Shown here: piece after piece, positions 63,801 through 64,000 of the stretch
Position numbering within the stretch: the first letter of the stretch is position 1
Layout: each line of letters begins with the position of its first letter
Assembly (NCBI GenBank): GCA_044892525.1
Contig: CM097888.1
Coordinates: forward strand, 46,190,001 to 46,254,000
Direction: 5' to 3'
Origin: Schmidtea polychroa
Taxonomy: Eukaryota
DNA length: 64,000 bases
Notes under the pieces: generated by a model
The model's database searches: none
What the model saw: only the letters and a program-made list of their open reading frames with translations
Told to the model about the DNA's origin: nothing
Program-made: the position numbers and the translations under genes

Positions 63801-64000
63801 CTTGGGGATATGGGCGAGGAAACCAACACGAAAAATGAACAAGGCGAAACCGCCATGATGTATGCAGCTATAACAAAAATACACCCAAAAACACTCCACA
63901 TCCTACATCAATCAGGATCGAGACTAGACGAAAAATCAAACGAAGGGAACTCCACATTGGACTGGGCAACCATACAGCCAAACTTGGAAATGATCAGATT
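51828..64000 (+). CDS. Giant polyprotein, >4057 aa, 3'-partial: Gag CA, 3xCCHC, 3xUBL, Bcl-2-like, signal peptide, fusion glycoprotein, TM, PR, dUTPase-like fold, RT, RNase H, IN, ankyrin repeats
   Basis: Same frame checked at ATG 51828, FTIYDC 56679, DTG 59058, YIDD 60276, IN D61578/D61758/E61866 (D-35-E) and the window end. The ORF track lists no terminated ORF in this frame. The frame is open upstream to 51483. Confidence 0.93.
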   Translation, partial: MTNVVKTDEYKEKFRGEPFNGNANKLATFITNFEVYITVCGWTPEAISKRMPLFLCDSALEVYLEAKERDTKLEKWEDIKTFLKKTFGASKPINQALGELANRKQRANESITLYASELRRLAKKAMNGKLPEENLIGYFIEGLRREEVRASVGCQMCKTLEEAIDWATRCELHLPAQMNIMQEEGRIMTAIAKADNGDNNNQEPKMNQFIPGAHQIFKPPQGRSNGNNGNRNNPNNENNFNNRRNMNDNKQCRTCGKPGHWDRDCYRNSNCNRCGRRGHTENVCQLRGCFNCGQPGHISRDCRERGQQQRPPQRNNNYMANPQRQSNPSEGKQMNVMQEISQMKQMMQQMMRPRPESAPQQTQNIRMMRSTENLNNYEVHQHVQEWQRLQAEEERIKQERNQQRQEQPLRINMMKLVKDMKSQYCYNYGKNPRVVPMTEPEKVTETTTEMKTENSTTILKGNPRIQKIFWKKIKDKIEKEHNKAKAETEDENNKSKEQTSQLNHQMLQELESEETTIFERKKLKRVPRMRNLQINMMKRTKDVASSDEEEDYVSSLGGEILQLNEISEPPKGEIKEEESESEITSGSEDEDIEIKLRKAREEAIKQVAEILPAVVRNQEFIDVIPFRRFVQKVMKLERNEKDLIPNEEKSIIKKYMEKMKQADTTRYVIKIGTSRGLERMWIKSTVTDELFDWIREHLGNSRKKEYLYQYQGEQIKPDMHLVDALIWPGETQILKLHKEKQPANLYDWAKDAKAEYDFNIKLKLEQIKQCTLRRNLDKLIKQIQEQVEDNWELLITRRAPAMYELMSRLRDTEMLRMSDWRTINLIHKYGRLKETQPQRLEITIWLPNEEKRRIKMSNRSTVDDLVSKINQEITEKVRSESSDGMVDDVVMMYDKIILRAEDDTSLSELGMWNNHQIIRIVPMDEFRTRDVIYQKEIRDRMKTLYQKSTEIIEIHQQWLKEKELQGKITKLSTRSCRRTPWERVWNAENKEWEIRKGIFVETDIGETESESEEEEEEPPEYEEEARGQTSDDESETDVTSESENEARHIHAMRKKEREYADMDGEEATEAREREEKERYKQLGDILAMGAKNQKRQVVALANIILKTSENIHNLRGMAKAIEEYRQYNEWYPEQLEQIIRKWRNQEWAQDTQERNHIRIKYPDKSIEELEVHPTTKIRELKKKLAYETPFHLQLFGKSLDDNADVGITPMRLEETNVLTMAETLGKPLKRKSKITKPTKSSLSTPSPNKAPSKSNETEEVEEIILEDSDDEPGERSPLLVRWPTGAEMWTNNQPSTSYQQPTKLNIKEIIDNTTETETDEQFQKQREPTKVTPEGQTDKIIDEWNEWLRNNDSSLPRTDNERNPNYENTREAGTMMEKRAKGRPKKQGEKSEFKTKEQLKQEQGQVRLEKLDKIVWDLKEAQPTIERGEKWIRELIKDMLIITNPQLRRLWQRKVASTEARQLWHIVSGIIPKLIKEKTKTTKTDWDETKRVIAQLTTNANDDEHHLVVITYLMYNLMGLAARKIPNKQFANHVEMTVSIIENTIEPHIIRAGGWKRLIQAPRKNEQERSMQVRLKKLLNELEWELPMKDPASRKASINSLMMTMMIWMLCTSGATGFTIYDCDNMIMRDIYSLRDIEECRQASPNKLDIVRTKVTYHVYQESDFIRTQARECVVSKKVLAYYCGQYSYSTLILPGLDKEIVSIQREDCKELFRTGALKMHNGVTIHGQTGMIKTESVYVSGKVKSSDGSCNGGTYTIRGEVISGVVVIESYTVELKEYEAQFDANNYQMKTNPACRATENVCRTGVSTIIYEANTQKCRLQLLKSALFNEVKGEIYENENDEDGNDRVRMRNGKPMPPSPREKRLSTQKTPTALITDDPDLGMRFIKEKETTKCDSIVYKTNYAGIYMSRQIIDRAVGKIATEDVKLYLYANNKMDFLFHRGQTTLQKVYYDLIQNDCSLNKEILKTKLAIAITHPDNTMPSLPLPDGHFGRMVGEVMYTYQCTKTYARMPEKSILPEKRCANELEIRYKGQNRFVQPVTRIMNPVGFYPNLFNCSNAYGPLYERPDGKWMMLPGKTISEEPKKFGLIELATELDFKPIDVSNGGMYSPEDLETARLNVLFPARRESILSNMVTITGGTNYQSGPNYELLLSPDHFQQATSNMMKAMWGRFLVFGQMMAGILGIILIIQIVRVILTQMLACFDIYKREKKVNWKMIVGFLPFLAKTMVLHGHSKDIHRIKRLIKILTKIKGTDEEVGRRFRKVMYDEATRRQLKKNKPKFLDRFRSQSSNSDSDDDDNGNDKCLYPNRNPNEKPMETAPYWEKEKTNTWIANGSYIPPDIVGPQAALTMTQNMYPQLPSQPGMHYMPTRRTKSVDQADDVRTIAAMSLPGGPAVTVMIRINGKETNAMIDTGVNVSAIAINQIPSKHWKDIESTTIHIIACSKETVDVVGRWWTTLRYQDNEIETYLAVIPKLSVPCIIGTDLMPELLKEVVIDLTTMCLKDKTGRICKMNAVIRCPEKIIVPAKSQMICQIKVDTGMEGEVIFEPSKSFEKRRELPLAREIITINQEGVIPLNITNFEEEDKIIYENEKLGRLTPMMDIELPKMTNEMSKDDELWTIDSMLLTNDEKKKLHRLLVEYKDIFAISDLDLGTCDVTLHAIPLIDETPIALRPYKLAEMQKEIAEAEVQKMLDAKVIEPSCSPWQFPVVMVKKKDGTQRFCIDYRKLNAVTKRDTYPLPDINEMLLMLQGAAYFTSLDLKSGYWQIKVKDEDKEKTAFTLGRDLYQFRKMPFGLTNAPASFQRCMNFVTHGIKQCMVYIDDLLIYSATFEQHLEDIRNVFIRLRQWKLKLKPSKCDWAKEKVTFLGHIVSAKGKEPDPRNIEKIKTCPAPKTVTQVQEFLGLCGYYRKFIKNYAGIAKPIQELVKKDISFIWGKEQQEAFETLRDKLIEAPILVHPDFKKPFLLATDASGYAAGAILGQLDDEGKERVIGYYSRTFKKHEKNYSVTEREALAIIQAIKHFRYLLWGHEICITTDHQPLVWLWQHKEASSRLMRWAMQLQEYSPFIKFKAGRANANADCMSRFIFPDLVDSEMQSICLIVAEDLDFCQLRKDQQEDAELKQIIDYVKTGKTDVYAKDQKLKEHMDKHQHRYIIEKDWLLIMDGEKRLMCIPENRRKELLTQYHDGRLGGHMSSKKTLARMKQKYFWPTLTEDVTEWVKNCLTCATRKNTGSKWKAPLTPMPVPIEPMTMISMDVVGPLPESDKGNIYILVITDFLTKFPEAFAMPDQKAKTIAKILVEEICCRYGTPKQILTDQGTNFMSEIMSEVTNYFKIAKLRTAPYHPQTNGMTERFNGTLIQMLSNYVDRHQRDWDEYINLCLMAYRMSIHASTKMSPFKLMYGRECNMPMDLEYQPPISQYMEIDDYVTKFKERMQEIWETAKLNIKFYQESYKDLHDRKKNVKQHTFQTGDWVMIETPELIPGTTKKLQRNGKGPYEILFVGETNVRVKLVNNPFTRPIYVNVARCKSIPKTATSQPEGRTLTTRSQTYKMNMMQQLAEPITGRLVIQPSEAEKIVREVKTKLPGWAKDRLDFEILGGLLTMIENYANRERTHPLLRVVKSQWPILFTITDHYGDTPLHKLMKVGNNEQILETIEAFHDCKRSTEQENNQGYTPLMIAANRGKTKDIITALLDTGSKITTQDRERKNALHHAIEGKSTEAFTSLMELLSYEDNQEVGNMYDGLLTAIKEKLTTITGVLITWRNPIRNNYMINVNEAFTKGENTLMREAMKGHHLFEIPNQLLERGITFTNHKDEQLLKKRIDAFEKSIFQFTNQVRNKYWETVSVLYMMDTMNNIRENYLDIIQILTAEERINNPNGKKTKIRYGKSREPKSTTNQTVTNNVIETKSMSIDQEAIIRKAKEVFFEETLELSDEIILSKIIKAVHTYARDQTTGLDIGKIKTFLPRAFTMVTKDSRTPLQQAILAAKENRAITIIRILGDMGEETNTKNEQGETAMMYAAITKIHPKTLHILHQSGSRLDEKSNEGNSTLDWATIQPNLEMIR

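Larger units (their letters stand above)
45160..64000 (+). mobile_element. Giant env-bearing Gypsy/Metaviridae-type retroelement (Burro-like), 5' portion. Left boundary approximate; runs off the window.
   Basis: LTR end ...GTACCCGCAACA at 48712, then PBS, leader with RING ORF, and a >12-kb single ORF with PR-RT-RH-IN in Gypsy order. The LTR start could lie anywhere from ~43.2 to 46 kb. Confidence 0.9.

Noticed and set aside
51650-63901. Many 60-135 aa minus-strand and off-frame ORFs in the giant element
   Set aside because: They are shadows of the A-rich polyprotein frame with no recognisable motifs.

Overview
This is AT-rich eukaryotic (animal) DNA with short 43-103 nt GT-AG introns and one 229-N gap. 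A triclad flatworm is my best guess for the host, by inference only. Left half: the 3' part of a filamin gene (+, 8 exons, 962-28235). Its introns are packed with transposons: hAT x2, Penelope x2, Gypsy x2, an intact pogo and a Merlin remnant. Tail-to-tail with filamin lies a ~3029-aa Ki-67-like gene (-, 37640-28405) with FHA, PP1-binding motif and very large tandem repeats. Right third: the 5' part of a giant, apparently intact Gypsy/Metaviridae-type retroelement, architecturally like the planarian Burro elements. It has a long LTR containing its own ORF, a tRNA-Pro PBS, an IAP-type RING ORF and a 74-bp tandem array. It then has one uninterrupted reading frame of >4050 codons (51828 to beyond 64000), absent from the ORF track because it has no stop in the window. 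Domain order: Gag CA, 3 CCHC knuckles, 3 ubiquitin/SUMO-like domains, a Bcl-2-like domain, signal peptide, chuvirus-like fusion glycoprotein, TM, PR, RT, RNase H, IN, ankyrin repeats. Domain calls come from manual translation and remembered family motifs; no database search was run.
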